From Macrostomum lignano (Eukaryota): 64,000 nt of DNA. Where the stretch lies: the NCBI GenBank assembly GCA_002269645.1, contig NIVC01002394.1:62001-126000 (forward strand), read 5' to 3'. How positions within the stretch are numbered: the first letter of the stretch is position 1; each line of letters starts with the position of its first letter. Both the position numbers and the translations under genes were made by a program. Shown in pieces: positions 43,729 through 57,689 of the stretch. Under the pieces are notes generated by a model. It made no database searches, had not been told where the DNA came from, and saw only the letters and a list, made by a program, of their open reading frames with translations.

Positions 43729-44662
43729 GAGAACAGCAGTGTCGTGACCAGTAATTGTTAAGTCCACTTTTGATGCGGACGGATTTGCTGGATTTGTGAC
43801 AATGAGGAACCCCAAACCCCCTGAGAATCACGCATGACCCTGTATTACCAATTTCTAGTATTTAGGGAACGCTTATAACGAGAGAGTTTGTAGTTTACTT
43901 ACAAGGCTTTGTTTTGAATGCTTCTGCTGACAGTAGTGTGTGTAGCAGCTAAACGAGCGTAAATCATTTTAATCCTGAAAATGGTCAATTAAGATTTACC
44001 TGTTCAAAGAATGCTACTTTCAGTAGTTTGCTAGCCAAAGAATGGTTGAAAACTGTTTTGCATGCATGAAAATCTTGAAAAGAGTCTTCTATCCGTCTGT
44101 TTTTTAAAACATAGAGCCGTCAATGTGTTCTCCTAAACTACTTGAAGCAGGCAGTTTGTTAGTGAGGATAAAATAAATAAATATTTAAAATACCCTGAAG
44201 CAGCCAAATTTTGTTAGGAAGCTCGCCTTTTTATTTTTTTGTGTTTTTTAGATTCACTCTCCCTCTCTGCGCTGCTTGCGAACAAACTTCCTGACCAATA
44301 TATTCGTATAACAATAGTTGATACTTGAAGTTTTAAGCTCCTTAATATTTACTAGCCGTATGTTGAAAGTTCTTTTTTCAGCGTGGCTCAACTGGCTTTG
44401 CTATTATCGTAAATGCGGTGGTGATTGTTTTTTAAAAAATGCCATTTTTGCGAATTTTAATTTCCTAATATTGGAGCACTTAGAAATTAATAATCATTCT
44501 GGTCGCGTGAGTGCTTGAGTAATTAGTGCACCTTATTATTTTCGCAAACTTACGTACTTGAGAACCTTGGTTCCTGAGTACTTGATTAGCCTACTGAGTG
44601 CTTCAGAACTTGAGGATGTATTTCTTTACAAGTGCTTGGATACATGAATGCGAGAGTAATCA

Positions 44663-44812
44663 AGTACTAGCGTACTTGAGTACTAGCGTACTTGAGTACT
44701 AGCGTACTTGAGTACTAGCGTACTTGAGTACTAGCGTACTTGAGTACTAGCGTACTTGAGTACTAGCGTACTTGAGTACTAGCGTACTTAAGTACTAGCG
44801 TGCTTGAGTACT
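44663..44812. repeat. 16-bp minisatellite (actagcgtacttgagt), ~9 copies
   Basis: Direct tandem units. Confidence 0.93.
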
Positions 44813-45591
44813 CACTATTTAGGCTTGATGTTTCTAGCGCTCAAAGCACTCGCAGGACTTTTAGCGTTTCTAGGCTTAATAAAAAACAGCCATCCCTTAG
44901 GCATCTGTTTGCTCTGACTCCATATTTATAGTTATTTAATTTAGACTTATTAAGAAGCATAGTTTAGGACAATTTTTATTCAATTCATTATTCGTCGCTT
45001 GTCATATCTTAGCCAGCCATTATTAGCTAATTAATATCGTCTATTCCCGCCTTGCTGGGTTCAATTGCCCCCACAGTAACAACTACCGCCCTCACATTTG
45101 CTTGGCTGTCATATCTTTAGCACATCACTCGCTATGCTTCAACTTTTCCAACTGTCAGATCTATTAGTATTTGCTCATTTATACTAATGCAGATCCCCAA
45201 TATTTATTAACCAATTAGGCCTAGACTCGGTGTGCTGTTTACTCATTTCTCGTATTAGCTAATACCCTTCATTTTTATCCCCCCGTTTTTGCCCAGAGCA
45301 ACACCTGTCGGCCCGCTTGTTGTGTGTTTTGAAGTTGAATTTTGATCGTTTTAAAAGGATTTGATCAAAAAGATTCTGAACTTTGTTTTCGTTGAAAATT
45401 AAATTAAAGATTTTTTTTACTGACCATTGTTAAGAATTTTTTAAATAAAATAAGACGGAAAGTTTCATAGTGTTGGAGAACGACGTTTTTAGGCTTATCA
45501 TCATCTTGAATAAAAAATTCTATGTGGAGTTTTTTGTCAGGTTCTTTGATTCTACTGCTATGCCAAAAAGGTCACTATGATCTTTTGTCAG

Positions 45592-46165
45592 AGAAAGGAA
45601 GCTGGGGTTGGTCAGGGAAAGGGGATGCGGGTGCTGAGGTTGGTCAGGGAAAGGAGAGGCGGGTGCTGGGGTTGGTCAGGGAAAGGGGAGGCGGGTGCTG
45701 ATGGTCAGGGAAAGGAGAGGCGGGTGCTGATGTTGGTCAGGGAAAGGGGAGGCGGGTGCTGGGGTTGGTCAGGGAAAGGGGAGGCGGGTGCTGGGGTTGG
45801 TCAGGGAAAGAGGAGGCGGGTGCTAGGGTTGGTCAGGAAAAGGGGAGGCGGGTGCTGATGTTGGTCAGGGATAGGGGAGGCGGGTGCTGAGGTTGGTCAG
45901 GGAAAGGGGAGGCGGGTGCTGAGGTTGGTCAGGGAAAGGGGAGGCGGGTGCTAGGGTTGGTCAGGGAAAGGGGAGGCGGGTGCTGATGTTGGTCAGGGAT
46001 AGGGGAGGCGGGTGCTGAGGTTGGTCAGGGAAAGGGGAGGCGGGTGCTGAGGTTGGTCAGGGAAAGGGGAGGCGGGTGCTAGGGTTGGTCAGGGAAAGGG
46101 GAGGCGGGTGATGGGGTTGGTCAGGGAAAGGGGAGGCGAGTGCTGGGGTTGGTCAGGGAAAGGGG
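45592..46165. repeat. 32-bp G-rich minisatellite (gggttggtcagggaaaggggaggcgggtgctg), ~18 copies
   Basis: Direct tandem units. Confidence 0.95.
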
Positions 46166-46947
46166 CTGCATGCAGTAACTATGCATGCGCATTGTAATTA
46201 AGAAAAGCAAATAGGAATTTGAAGGCAGAGAGAATTGCAAAGCACTAAGATGATAATCGCTTCAGTGCAGTGTATTAAATTTGCCTCTTATATTGGTTTG
46301 TCATATTTACATAGAACAAATTTGTTTGTTATATTGCCTCTTATATTTACATCAATGCACACCCAGTCGCGTATATCAGTTATTTATTACAAATGTAGAA
46401 TACTACTCAAGAATCGTGTCTTTGAATGTCCCACTGTCAGTAGCTCGTGGAGCACATAAAATGGGTCTTTGTTGGTTATCAGGTACCGTAGATTATCCTT
46501 ATTTACTAATTATAATAGTAGTGTAAAAAGTGCGATACGAGCGTAATTGTCATTTGTAACAAAAGTTGGGGACGAATGCGCAAGTTAGCACATATTTTGC
46601 TTTTTGACAGTGATGTATGCTCAATGCTGTATGGAGTACGTAAGGTTTTTAAAAGTGCAAACATTCTAAGTAAATCATGTAAGTTGTACATATACAAACA
46701 TGAGGTAGACAATGCAAAACATCAATGAATATCAATAAAATACTTGAAGAAACTTCGTGTTACGTAATCCATAGAAGCAGACCGAGCTGAGATATGACTA
46801 TCGGACACTTCTTTTGTAACAACGCAATAAATAATTGACCGCATTCAAGAACTGCAGATTTCTTCAGCCTAAATGACGACTGCGAGTAAGAAATAGATCC
46901 GGATCCAGATCGACTCGTTCAAACCAATATTAAATAATTGGCCTAAG

Positions 46948-47280
46948 AGGAGAGGAAAGGAGAGAAAAGAAGCGAGAGTAGAGGAGAGGAGAGAACTGAG
47001 AATAGAGAAAAGGAGAGTAAGGTAGAGAGAGCAGAGGAGAGGAGAGAAGTAAGAATAGAGAAAAGGAGAGTAGAGAAGCGAGAGAAGAGGGAGAGAAGTG
47101 AGAATAGAGAAAAGGGGAGTAGAGAAGAGAGAGTAGAGGAGAGGAGAGAAGTGAGAATAGAGAAAAGGGGAGTAGAGAAGAGAGAGTAGAGGAGAGGATA
47201 GAAGTGAGAATAGAGAAAAGGAGAGTAAGGTAGAGAAAGTAGAGAGGAGAGAAGTGAGAATAGAGAAAAGGACAGTAGAG
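46948..47280. repeat. Purine-rich degenerate repeat (gagaagtgagaatagagaaaagg...)
   Basis: GA-rich units with longer-period recurrence. Confidence 0.85.
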
Positions 47281-47338
47281 CAGAGGCCTTTAACCATCCA
47301 TAGGCCTGGAGTATTTCATCCCTTACAATCAGCCCCCG

Positions 47339-50300
47339 TCAAACAGCCGCAGGCGCGCAGTCCACGCAGGCGCTGCCGGGCCGGCTGTCCCGCAGCAGCG
47401 GCTGGCGCAGCCCGGGGCTGCAGCCCTGCAGCTGGTATCTCCCGGTGCCGATCTGCGCGTACGGCCGCCGCCCAGCAGCAGCGGCAGCCGGCCGGTGAAC
47501 ATCGCGAGCCGAGGACTCCACCGGCAGCAGGTAGTGCCGGGCAATCTGGACTGGGAAGGCCACGGTGGCCGTCGCCAGGAATCCGCTGGCACAGGCCAGC
47601 ACGAAGGCCCAGCCCAGCTGGCAGCGGCCTGCAAGGCGACGGGGAATTCCGCAGAATCAGTCAGAATTCCGAAAATATCCCAGAATTCCAGAGATTTTTC
47701 AGACTAGCCCAGAATTCTATACAGTTGCCCACAATTCCCCAAAAGTGCATACAGTTGCCCAGAATTCCCCAGAATTGCCCAGAATTCCCTACAATTTCCA
47801 AAATCGTCCAAAATTGTCCAGAATTTCCCAAAATTGCTCAGAATTACTTAGAATTGCATAGAATTGCCTAGAATTCCCCAGCACTACATAAAACTACTCA
47901 GAAGTCCCCAGCATTGCCTAGAATTCCCCAGCATTGCCTAGAATTCCCCAGCATTGCCTAGAATTCCCCAGCATTGCCTAGAATTCCCCAGCATTGCCTA
48001 GAATTCCCCAGCATTGCCTAGAATTCCCCAGCATTGCCTAAAATTCCCCAGCATTGCATAGACCTACTGAGAATTGCCCAGCATTGCATAGAATTGCCCA
48101 GCATTGCATAGAATTGCCCAGCATTGCATAGAATTGCCCAGCATTGCTTAGACCTACTCAGAATTCCCCAGCATTGCATAGACCTACTGAGAATTCCCCA
48201 GCATTGCATAGAATTGCCCAGCATTGCTTAGACCTACTGAGAATTCCCCAGCATTGCATAGAATTGCCCAGCATTGCTTAGACCTACTGAGAATTCCCCA
48301 GCATTGCATAGAATTGCCCAGCATTGCTTAGACCTACTCAGAATTCCCCAGCATTGCATAGAATTGCCCAGCATTGCTTAGACCTACTCAGAATTCCCCA
48401 GAATTTCATAGAACTACTCAGAATTCTGGGAAAGAATGCATAGCAGTTGATGAATCCCCATTTTCATTGTAGGGAACAATGTATGGGTAAAACTGTTACT
48501 GAAACTAATCGTGCGGCCGATTGAGCAGAAAAACTGAAGTGCTTTTTGTTTTTTTTTAATACCCCTCGAAAAGCAGCAATCAAAAGGTCTGCGTTCATTG
48601 GCGTGACAGGCTTCAATTGGTTTAATTTAAAAAAATGATTAATGGCTGTCGGATTCAATTTGAGCGAACAAAAATGCATGCGATTATGCAACAGTGACGC
48701 ATGGCGGCTGGGGTAACTGCTGCCAATGCAATTATCCAATTCTAAATTTTCAGTAGTCACGGGGGTTGTGGAACAATTAGCCAAGAAGTCCGAGCTGCGG
48801 CAGTGCTCTGCATCGAGGCAGATTGAGGAGGGAGGGGTGAATTCCGCTGTTTAAGCGGATTAAGGCTCTGGCAACCAGCTGCTGCGGGATAGCCAGGTTC
48901 TGTTGATGTTGAACATCTGTGGCAGCCCTGCTCTCCCGCTTTTACGAGCATTTCGATTATGGCTAGGGAGCTGAGCACTGCCCAGCTGGGGTAGATGGTG
49001 GATAAGCGATTAGATCAGCTGTGAGAGGAGAGAGGAGACGATAGCAGAGACAGGAGCAGAGAAGAGAAGGGAGTATAGGAGAGGAGAGGAGAGGAGAGGA
49101 GAGGAGAGGAGAGGAGAGGAGAGGAGAGGAGAGGAGAGGAGAGGAGAGCAGAGCAGAGGAGAGGAGAGGAGAGGAGAAGAGAGTATAGGAGAGGAGAGGA
49201 GATGAGAGGAGAGTATAGGAGATGTGGGGAGACACCACAGCCAGCTCAGCAGGCGGTACAGCAGTGCAGGCACAGGATGGATGCAGAGTGCTAAATGGCT
49301 TGGCAGTGTCAGCAGCGGCAGCGCCACAACGCTCAGCAGGCAGGCAAATGGCAGTGGGCTGCAAACCCGCGGCAAGCTGCACCGCTGCGCGCACATGGCA
49401 CCCCGCTGCCCACTGAACTGGAATTCATTAGCGCCACCGCTGACTAGAGCAGAATTTGCATGCATTCTGTGAAGCAGTGGGCCGCCATCAGTCACAGTGC
49501 GCAGTGGTTGTCTGTGCCGCATTTGTTCCAATTAAAGAGAAAGCTAACCAGCCTCCACTATTCCTTTTAAAACCCATTCCGTGCAGCTGCCAGTGTCAGG
49601 AAACCGAATGAGCATTGACAACTAAGAAATGGGACAAATTCCTTTCCGTTCTTTGAAACTTGAAGAAAATAAATACATATTGTCATGCTTGCTAAAACTA
49701 CTGCCTATATACTACTTACTAGTTCGATTTTGCTTGTTTTTTTAGGCTGCCGCAATCAAGGAATTTATCAGAAATGTGTCAGAAATGTGACAGAAACTTG
49801 TCAGGAATGTGTTCAAAAACGTGTCAGGAATGTGTCAGAAATGTGACAGGAGTGTGTTTAGGAATGTGCCAGGATTGTGTCAGGAATGTGTTCAGAAATC
49901 TGTCAGGAACGTTTCAGAAATGTGACAGGAGTGTGTTCAAAAACGTGTCTTGAATGTGACAGAAATATGTCGGGAATGTGTCAGAATTTTGTCAGGAATG
50001 TATTAAAAAATGTGTCAGGAATGTGTCAGGAATGTGTCAGGAATGTGTTAAAAAATGTGTCAGAATTGTGTCAGGAATGTATTAAAAAATGTGTCAGGAA
50101 TGTGTCAGAATTGTGTCAGGAATGTGTTAAAAAATGTGTCAGAATTGTGTCAGGAATGTATTAAAAAATGTGTCAGGAATGTGTCAGAATTGTGTCAGGA
50201 ATGTGTTAAAAAATGTGTCAGAATTGTGTCAGGAATGTATTAAAAAATGTGTCAGGAATGTGTCAGAATTGTGTCAGGAATGTGTTAAAAATGTGTCAGA

Positions 50301-52590
50301 ATTGTGTCAGGAATGTGTTAAAATGTGTCAGAATTGTGTCAGGAATGTGTCAGGAATGTGTCAGGAATGTGTCAGAATTTTGTCAGGAATGCGTAAAAAA
50401 TGTGTCAGAATTGTGTCAGGAATGTATTAAAAAATGTGTCAGGAATGTGTCAGGAATTGAACCCGGGTACTTTGGCTTGGAGTCGGACTGGTTAAACCGC
50501 CAAGCCGCTGTCCCCCTCCCCAGATACAAGCTAGTCGTGAACTCACTCAACAGCAAATTATTTTGGCTCACCAAGTCGAAAAGATCTGGCGGAGCTGCCA
50601 CACACCTGGGCCACGTCCGGGTTTGCCGACCAACCGATCGGGTAGAGCAGGCAGGTGAGCAAAATGCAGATCGCTGATGGATGAGCGGGGGAGAGAGGTG
50701 GGAGAGGCTTTTGAGGGGATTTTTTATTCAGCTAGTTGCCACGGCGAGCTTTTATAAACTGCATGTGGCTTTAGGGGCTGGGGCATTTAATATACTGAAG
50801 TAGTTGGATAGAGATGGATAAAGATGGATAGAGATGGATAGAGATGGATAGAGATGGATAGAGATGGATAGAGATGAATAGAGATGGATAGAGATGGATA
50901 GAGATGGATAGAGATAGATAGAGATGGATAGAGATGGATAGAGATGGATAGAGATGGGTAGAGATGAATAGAGATGAATAGATATGGATAGAGATGGATA
51001 GAGATGGATAGAGATGGGTAGAGATGGATAGAGATGGGTAGAGATGAATAGAGATGGATAGAGATGGATCTGCAGTTAGCAGGGGGGGGGGTAAAGCTGA
51101 AGAAATAAAAAACAGCGGTTGCTAAGGAGCCCCCAGAAGTCAATGAGGTACAAAATGAGTCCCGGAACAAGTTGGCACAGCAAACAAGAAGCAGCCGAGA
51201 GCAAACCATGACGGGGCTGATAAAGGCCCCCCTCGCCACAGCAGCCAGCAACACATGGAGCAGATGGGCCCCGCAGTTGGAGCCGCAAAAGCAGACATTT
51301 GGCCGCCGGGAGAAGAAACTCAGCAATGAAACAACTCCCTCACATATGGAGCATTAGCCATACCCTCACACTGGAAGGCTGGTATAGCAACAAGGCGACT
51401 GAGAGCTTTCTGTATTCATTAAATATTTATGATCACCTGCAGTTTAGCCGCCAAATACGGCGCGCTCCACTTTTTGAATTGCTTTATCGATATTATCGAT
51501 GCTTTTACAGCGAATTAATTAGTTAATTAATTAATCCTTAGAGCGGCTAATTTGCTATGCTGGGCGGGCCGCCCCGGGAGGGCTGAAACGCCTTGGGAAA
51601 TCTTTAAGTCTGAGTTGAGGCGCAAGGCAAGCACTGGCCGGGACAGGACAGCCCTGCGAGTGCTGGATGAAGAAGCAAAAAGCACGGGTGCGAATGGGAG
51701 AGACATGTGCGGAGGTTGCGAGGAAGCACTTCAGGCTGGGGTGGAGAGACATGGGAAAAGAAGGGAGAGGAGAGTATGGAGATGAGGGAGATAAGAGAGA
51801 GGAGAGTATGGAGATGAGGGAGATAAGGGAGATGGGGAGAGAAGGGAGAGAAGGGATATGAGGGAGATGAGAGAGAGAGGAGGGAGAGGAGTGAGAGGAG
51901 AAGGAAAAGGGAGAGTAGAGAGATGAGGGAGATGAGGAGAGGAGGGAGATGAGGGAGATAGATCAGATGGAGATGAGGGATATGAGGGAGAGGAAGGAGA
52001 GAAGGGAAATGAGAGAGATAAAGAAGATAGGATCAGATGGAGATGATGGAGATGAGGGAGAGGAGGGAGAGAAGGGAGATGAGAGAGATAAAGATAGGAT
52101 CAGATGGAGAGGAGGGAGATGAGGGAGGAGAGCAGCGGTCAGTGTGCCAGAGATGGGCGAAGCCAGAACACAGCAGACGGAGAGGCTGCCAGTGAGAATC
52201 AGCTGGCAGGGAAATCCAACAGAAACAGGACAAGCCCCGAGCTTTCGAGCTGTCCAGCTGAGTCGGGGGCTTCAAGACGCGGCAGAGTGAGAAGAAAAAC
52301 TGTAACTGGGAATCAGCCGGCAGCATCTCTCAGAACATGGCCCCAGCCCCCCCCCCCCCTGGGGCGATGGAGACCCCGGCTGCCAAGATTCCGTGCGCCT
52401 TGTGTCGGCTGGGAGAATTATCCCTAAGAGACTGGGCAGAGAGGCAAGCCGAGAGGATATAGTAGTCGTAGGCGAGCCCGTCTCATTTTGGGACACTCTG
52501 CCACCCTGCGGCGATTCGAACCACCCACCCCACTGCTTTGCCGCCCTGGCCGAGAGCTGACATGGGGCCGGAGAAAAAAATTCGGAAGCG

Positions 52591-52639
<49 letters not shown>

Positions 52640-55600
52640 CGTAGTGACTTAGCGCCAACGGAAATAAAAACTGGACTCAAGGGCGGGGATATGGCTGCCC
52701 CGGGACTCAAGACAGAGAAAGGCCAGGCCCTCCGCCTTCTGGCACATAGAAAATCTAAGATAGGAGGAGTAGAGATCAGTTCTGACACGCTGAGATGCCT
52801 GCTTGCAAAAAAATGTTAATTAGTGCTTCTTGAGATGGAGAATCGCAATAGATTTATTTGTGGCTGTGATGAGAGAGTGCTAGCTGCGGACTGTGAGGTC
52901 GCGGGAGACTGAGATAACTAGGCGAGAGAGTCTGAGACAAAGGCGAGAGAGTCTGAGACAAAGGCGAGAGAGTCTGAGACAAAGGCGAGAGAGTCTGAGA
53001 CAAAGGCGAGAGAGTCTGAGACAAAGGCGAGAGAGTCTGAGACAAAGGCGAGAGAGTCTGAGACAAAGGCGAGAGAGTCTGAGACAAAGGCGAGAGAATC
53101 TGAGACAAAGGCGAGAGAGTCTGAGACAAAGGCGAGAGAGTCTGAGACAAAGGCGAGAGAGTCTGAGACAAAGGCGAGAGAGTCTGAGACAAAGGCGAGA
53201 GAATCTGAGACAAAGGCGAGAGAGTCTGAGACAAAGGCGAGAGAGTCTGAGACAAAGGCGAGAGAATCTGAGACAAAGGCGAGAGAGTCTGAGACAAAGG
53301 CGAGAGAATCTGAGACAAAGGCGAGAGAGGCTGAGACAAAGGCGAGAGAGGCTGAGACAAAGGCGAGAGAGGCTGAGACAAAGGCGAGAGAGGCTGAGAC
53401 AAAGGCGAGAGAGGCTGAGACAAAGGCGAGAGAGGCTGAGACAAAGGCGAGAGAGGCTGAGACAAAGGCGAGAGAGGCTAAGACAAAGGCGAGAGAGGCT
53501 GAGACAAAGGCGAGAGAGGCTGAGACAAAGGCGAGAGAGGCTGAGACAAAGGCGAGAGAGGCTGAGACAAAGGCGAGAGAGGCTGAGGCAAAGGCGAGAT
53601 CCAAAGAATCAGGGTGAAGAGGCACTGAGACGAAGACTTGCTGAGAAACGCAGCGCAAGAACGCAGGGAAGACAGGCTCTGATTGCAGCAGAACTGGTGG
53701 GTGAGGAGGTCGAGGAGCCCTCGAACTGAGGGCTGGCGCAACTCCAGGCCACGCACGGAAAGAAGATTTTTGCTTCAGAAGGAAGTGCGGGGAAGGCAGA
53801 ACGGCTCAAGAATTATCTGAACTTAAATAGGGCCATATAAAACTGTTTACTCTCCCCCATCGGCCTCAGCCCCCCGTCATCAATCACGATCTGGTCCGAG
53901 TGGGATTTTTCTCCCATACTTTTTCTCCTCTCCCTGCCGGTGGGAATAGCTCGAAGAGGAAAAGTGGAATGAAATTCCAACTGTGAATGTGCGGCGCTAT
54001 CTGTTCCGAATTTTGCTCTTCTCACTTTCTTCCACTTTCACATATCCGCTCTAATATTTATTTTTTGGTCAGTGAATAATCCCGCAATGCAGTAAGATAG
54101 ATGAGCACTCTTCCAAGGCACTTGTTAAAGAAGGATAGCGACTAATATTCCTTCAAGGATGCTTGAACTGTAAGTCACTCCCAGAGATGAGACTGAAAGT
54201 TTTCAATAAATATTTTTAAAGGGTATTCGAATGAGCTTAAAAAATAAGGCTAAATGAACTTTTTATTCAATACACGTTAAATCACTTATGTCTATTGAAT
54301 TAATACAGGTTACATATACCTATAAAACGGAAAACTCTGTCTTAGTAGATAAACGAAAAAATGCGACAGTACGAGAGTACGAGAGTACGACAGTATGAGA
54401 GTATGAGAGTACGAGAGTACGAGAGTACGAGAGTACGAGAGTACGAGAGTACGAGAGTACGAGAGTACGAGAGTACGACAGTACGAGAGTACGAGAGTAC
54501 GAGAGTACGAGAGTACGAGAGTACGACAGTACGAGAGTACGACAGTACGAGAGTACGACAGTACGAGAGTACGACAGTACGAGAGTACGACAGTACGAGA
54601 GTACGACAGTACGAGAGTACGACAGTACGAGAGTACGAGAGTACGAGAGTACGAGAGTACGACAGTACGAGAGTACGACAGTACGAGAGTACGACAGTAC
54701 GAGAGTACGACAGTACGACAGTACGAGAGTACGAGAGTGCGAAGACACGAGAGTATTAAATCGTTCTCACCCGCGCTGAGCTGAGCCAGGCCGCAGGCGA
54801 CCAGCACCGGCCGGATGCGCAGCACCAGCAGGCGGAAGCCGCTAAAGGCCAGGAAGAAGGTGAGCAGCAGGGTCAGGCAGCTGGCTGCGGCCATCAGAGC
54901 GAAGGCCGCACGCCAGGCGGGGCTGGGGATCTCGCTGAGGTGCCGATAGTGCCCGCAGTCCAGCACCAACTGAACCCGGCCGTCCGGCCCCAGAGCCGGG
55001 TAGGCGCACAGGCGAAAGAGTCCCAGATCGCTGAGGTGGCGGGCCGCCGCGGCAGAGTCCGGGACGGCGGCCGCGCTGTCCCGGCTGCCCTTGAGCCAGT
55101 AGGGCAGCAGAAACGCCGCCGAAGCCATCATGCCGCTGGCCCAGCACATGAACACCCAGCCGGCCCACAGACAGCGGAGCGGCTGCTGCTGCTGATGATG
55201 CCGATGCTCGAGCAGCCGCTGCCGTGACGGCGAAGCCGATCCGCCCAGCACCGCGGCAAACTCGGAGGCGGCGCCAAAAGTAGAGCCGCCGTCCGCGTCT
55301 GCGGCCACCTTGCGTCGGCGTTCCAACAGCTGGAGCGTCTTGCAGCTGTGCGCCTGCTGGCGCTGTTGATGAGGCTGGAGAGGCTGCAGCTGCTGGTGTT
55401 GCGGGGGCTCCCAGGTCGACGCCAGACTGCCCATTGAGCATCTGCAGTAGAGGATCAAATGCGGGTCATGAGCAGCTTTATGAGTTGTATGAGCACTACT
55501 GCAGCTGTATGAGCACTACTGCAGCTATATGAGCACTACTGCAGCTGTATGAGCACTACTGCAGCTATATGAGCACTACTGCAGCTGTATGAGCACTACT

Positions 55601-55899
55601 GCAGCTGTATGAGCACTACTGCATGCTATTTACTGAAACTTCCGCAAGAGTTCCCACTTCAATATCCTAATGGATTATGGGATTATGCCCTAAGCTACAG
55701 GTGACTCGCATGGTTACTCACGCAATGTAACGAGAGGGACAACACAAATGAGTTTTATCTACCTAGTTGGAGTCTGATGATGCAGAAGCTGCTGATGCTG
55801 GGGAGTCAGACTCCTACTGTGGCTTCCACTGCCGATCTCCGCCTCCTCCTCAGCTGCCAGGGCTCCATCGCCTGCGTCTTCATCTTCCAGAGCCAGCAT
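47339..55899 (-). CDS. LHFPL: LHFPL/TMHS-family tetraspan membrane protein, 399 aa; coding exons 55899-55763, 55441-54771, 50673-50572, 47628-47339
   Basis: Family motifs AAFLLPYWL, LGLFRLCAYP, CGHY..LSEIPSPAW, CGLAQ, LLYPIGW, VAQVCG, FRLGRCQLGWAFVLA. GT-AG introns with phases 2,1,1; total 1200 nt. An alternative start at ATG 55434 gives 351 aa. Confidence 0.9.
47750..48425. repeat. 20-bp satellite (agaattccccagcattgc[c/a]t) with gacctactga variants, LHFPL intron
   Basis: Direct tandem units with alternating variants. Confidence 0.93.
49020..49220. repeat. (GAGGA)n tract
   Basis: Pentamer run. Confidence 0.92.
49765..50455. repeat. 11-bp satellite (tgtgtcaggaa) with a 79-bp higher-order period
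   Basis: Identical phases recur at 50055, 50134 and 50213. Confidence 0.92.
50452..50506 (-). pseudogene. tRNA-like head (SINE head or tRNA pseudogene)
   Basis: Minus strand GGCTTGGCGGTTTAACCAGTCCGACTCCAAGCCAAAGTACCCGGGTTCAATTCCT has A-box-like and B-box (GGTTCAATTCC) motifs. The anticodon stem does not pair well. Confidence 0.5.
50806..51068. repeat. 10-bp microsatellite (gatagagatg)
   Basis: About 26 tandem copies. Confidence 0.95.
51735..52132. repeat. Purine-rich low-complexity tract
   Basis: gagatgagggga-like degenerate units. Confidence 0.85.
52592..52636. repeat. (CA)n microsatellite
   Basis: Perfect dinucleotide run. Confidence 0.97.
52919..53597. repeat. 21-bp minisatellite (ggcgagagag[t/g]ctgagacaaa), ~32 copies
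   Basis: Variant polarity: gtct units on the left, ggct units on the right. Confidence 0.97.
54365..54737. repeat. 8-bp microsatellite (agtacga[g/c])
   Basis: Tandem run starting ~30 nt inside the intron after donor 54770. Confidence 0.96.
55480..55623. repeat. 20-bp minisatellite (gcagct[g/a]tatgagcactact), ~7 copies
   Basis: Direct tandem units. Confidence 0.92.
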
Positions 55900-56284
55900 C
55901 CTGAAACTTGAGAACAGCGGAGCGCCTGACTCAGGGGTCAGGGCGGCATGGGCATCGAGCACGCATTGATTGCGGCTGCACACCTGGGCCAGTGTCTGCC
56001 AATTCACCAACTGTAGCCTCGGACGACAATTTTCGGGGAAAAGTCATATTGATACAATTGTGCTCAAACAGAGATATCAAGTTGCTACACTTTGCGTTTG
56101 ACTTCGGCTTAAGATTGTTAAATAGACTGAAGCGAGTGGGTAGGGGCTGTTTGATCCTCTCTCCCTCCTGTCCCTAGCGTGTACCCATGAACCTAGCATT
56201 TGTCTTAAAATGTACAACTTCACCTTATTTCACCTTGCATAGCATGTGCTAGGACACAGTTTCTGTTTATGTCAGATCATAAAT

Positions 56285-57139
<855 letters not shown>

Positions 57140-57150
57140 CAGCAGCTCAC

Positions 57151-57261
57151 CCAGTGTCCGCAACAGAAGTGCAGAGGCCTACAGAGCCAGAGCAGTGCTG
57201 TGCTTCAGTGTCAGTGCCGCAGTCCGCACAATGGGCTCAGTGCCGTGGTCTCGCTGGCATG
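57151..57261 (-). other. Candidate 5' UTR exon of the LHFPL gene
   Basis: Minus-strand acceptor gtttcag and donor gg|gtgagc. All three frames contain stops. Confidence 0.45.
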
Positions 57262-57689
57262 CTGAAACTTCATACAATTTTCTACCCGGCTCAGTGACTG
57301 CTAGGGAATAAAATCCCCCCTGCACCCGTCACTCAACCGCCCAGCAGCAGCCAATCAGCACTGAAGCCGGCTGCCCAGCCTCTCCCACTGCATCCCACCC
57401 TGTCTGTCGGATTGCAGCATGCGGTCTCCGTGCTGACCTCCCTATCGCGAAATCTATAATTACACAGAGCCCTCCTTCTCACTATCCTTCTCCAAAAGCC
57501 TCAAACCCTTTTTATTATCCACAATATTGCCGTCCCTAACAATGACACGATCTCCGCTTCAATCCGCTGAATTCCGCTGACTCCACGAACTCAAACACAC
57601 GTTCACACAGGGTGCACAGCGGTCCTGACTTTCTAATCGTCAGGCATGTACATTCTCTGCGCCATTTGGGGTGGGTGTTGGCTCTCACA

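Noticed and set aside
42508-43831. Minus-strand ORFs of 313-427 aa with Cys-rich or ICPDSTAVA repeats
   Set aside because: Translation of the 27-bp intronic minisatellite in several frames.
48690-49560. GC-rich patches in LHFPL introns (also 51060-51300 and 52135-52500) as exons of a nested gene
   Set aside because: No consistent splice-bounded open frame or recognisable protein motif could be assembled.
50452-50506. Functional tRNA-Trp gene
   Set aside because: The anticodon and acceptor stems do not pair, and the sequence runs directly into satellite.
52854-53729. RQRRESL / SQTLSPL repeat ORFs
   Set aside because: Products of a 21-bp tandem array, with no splice or homology support.
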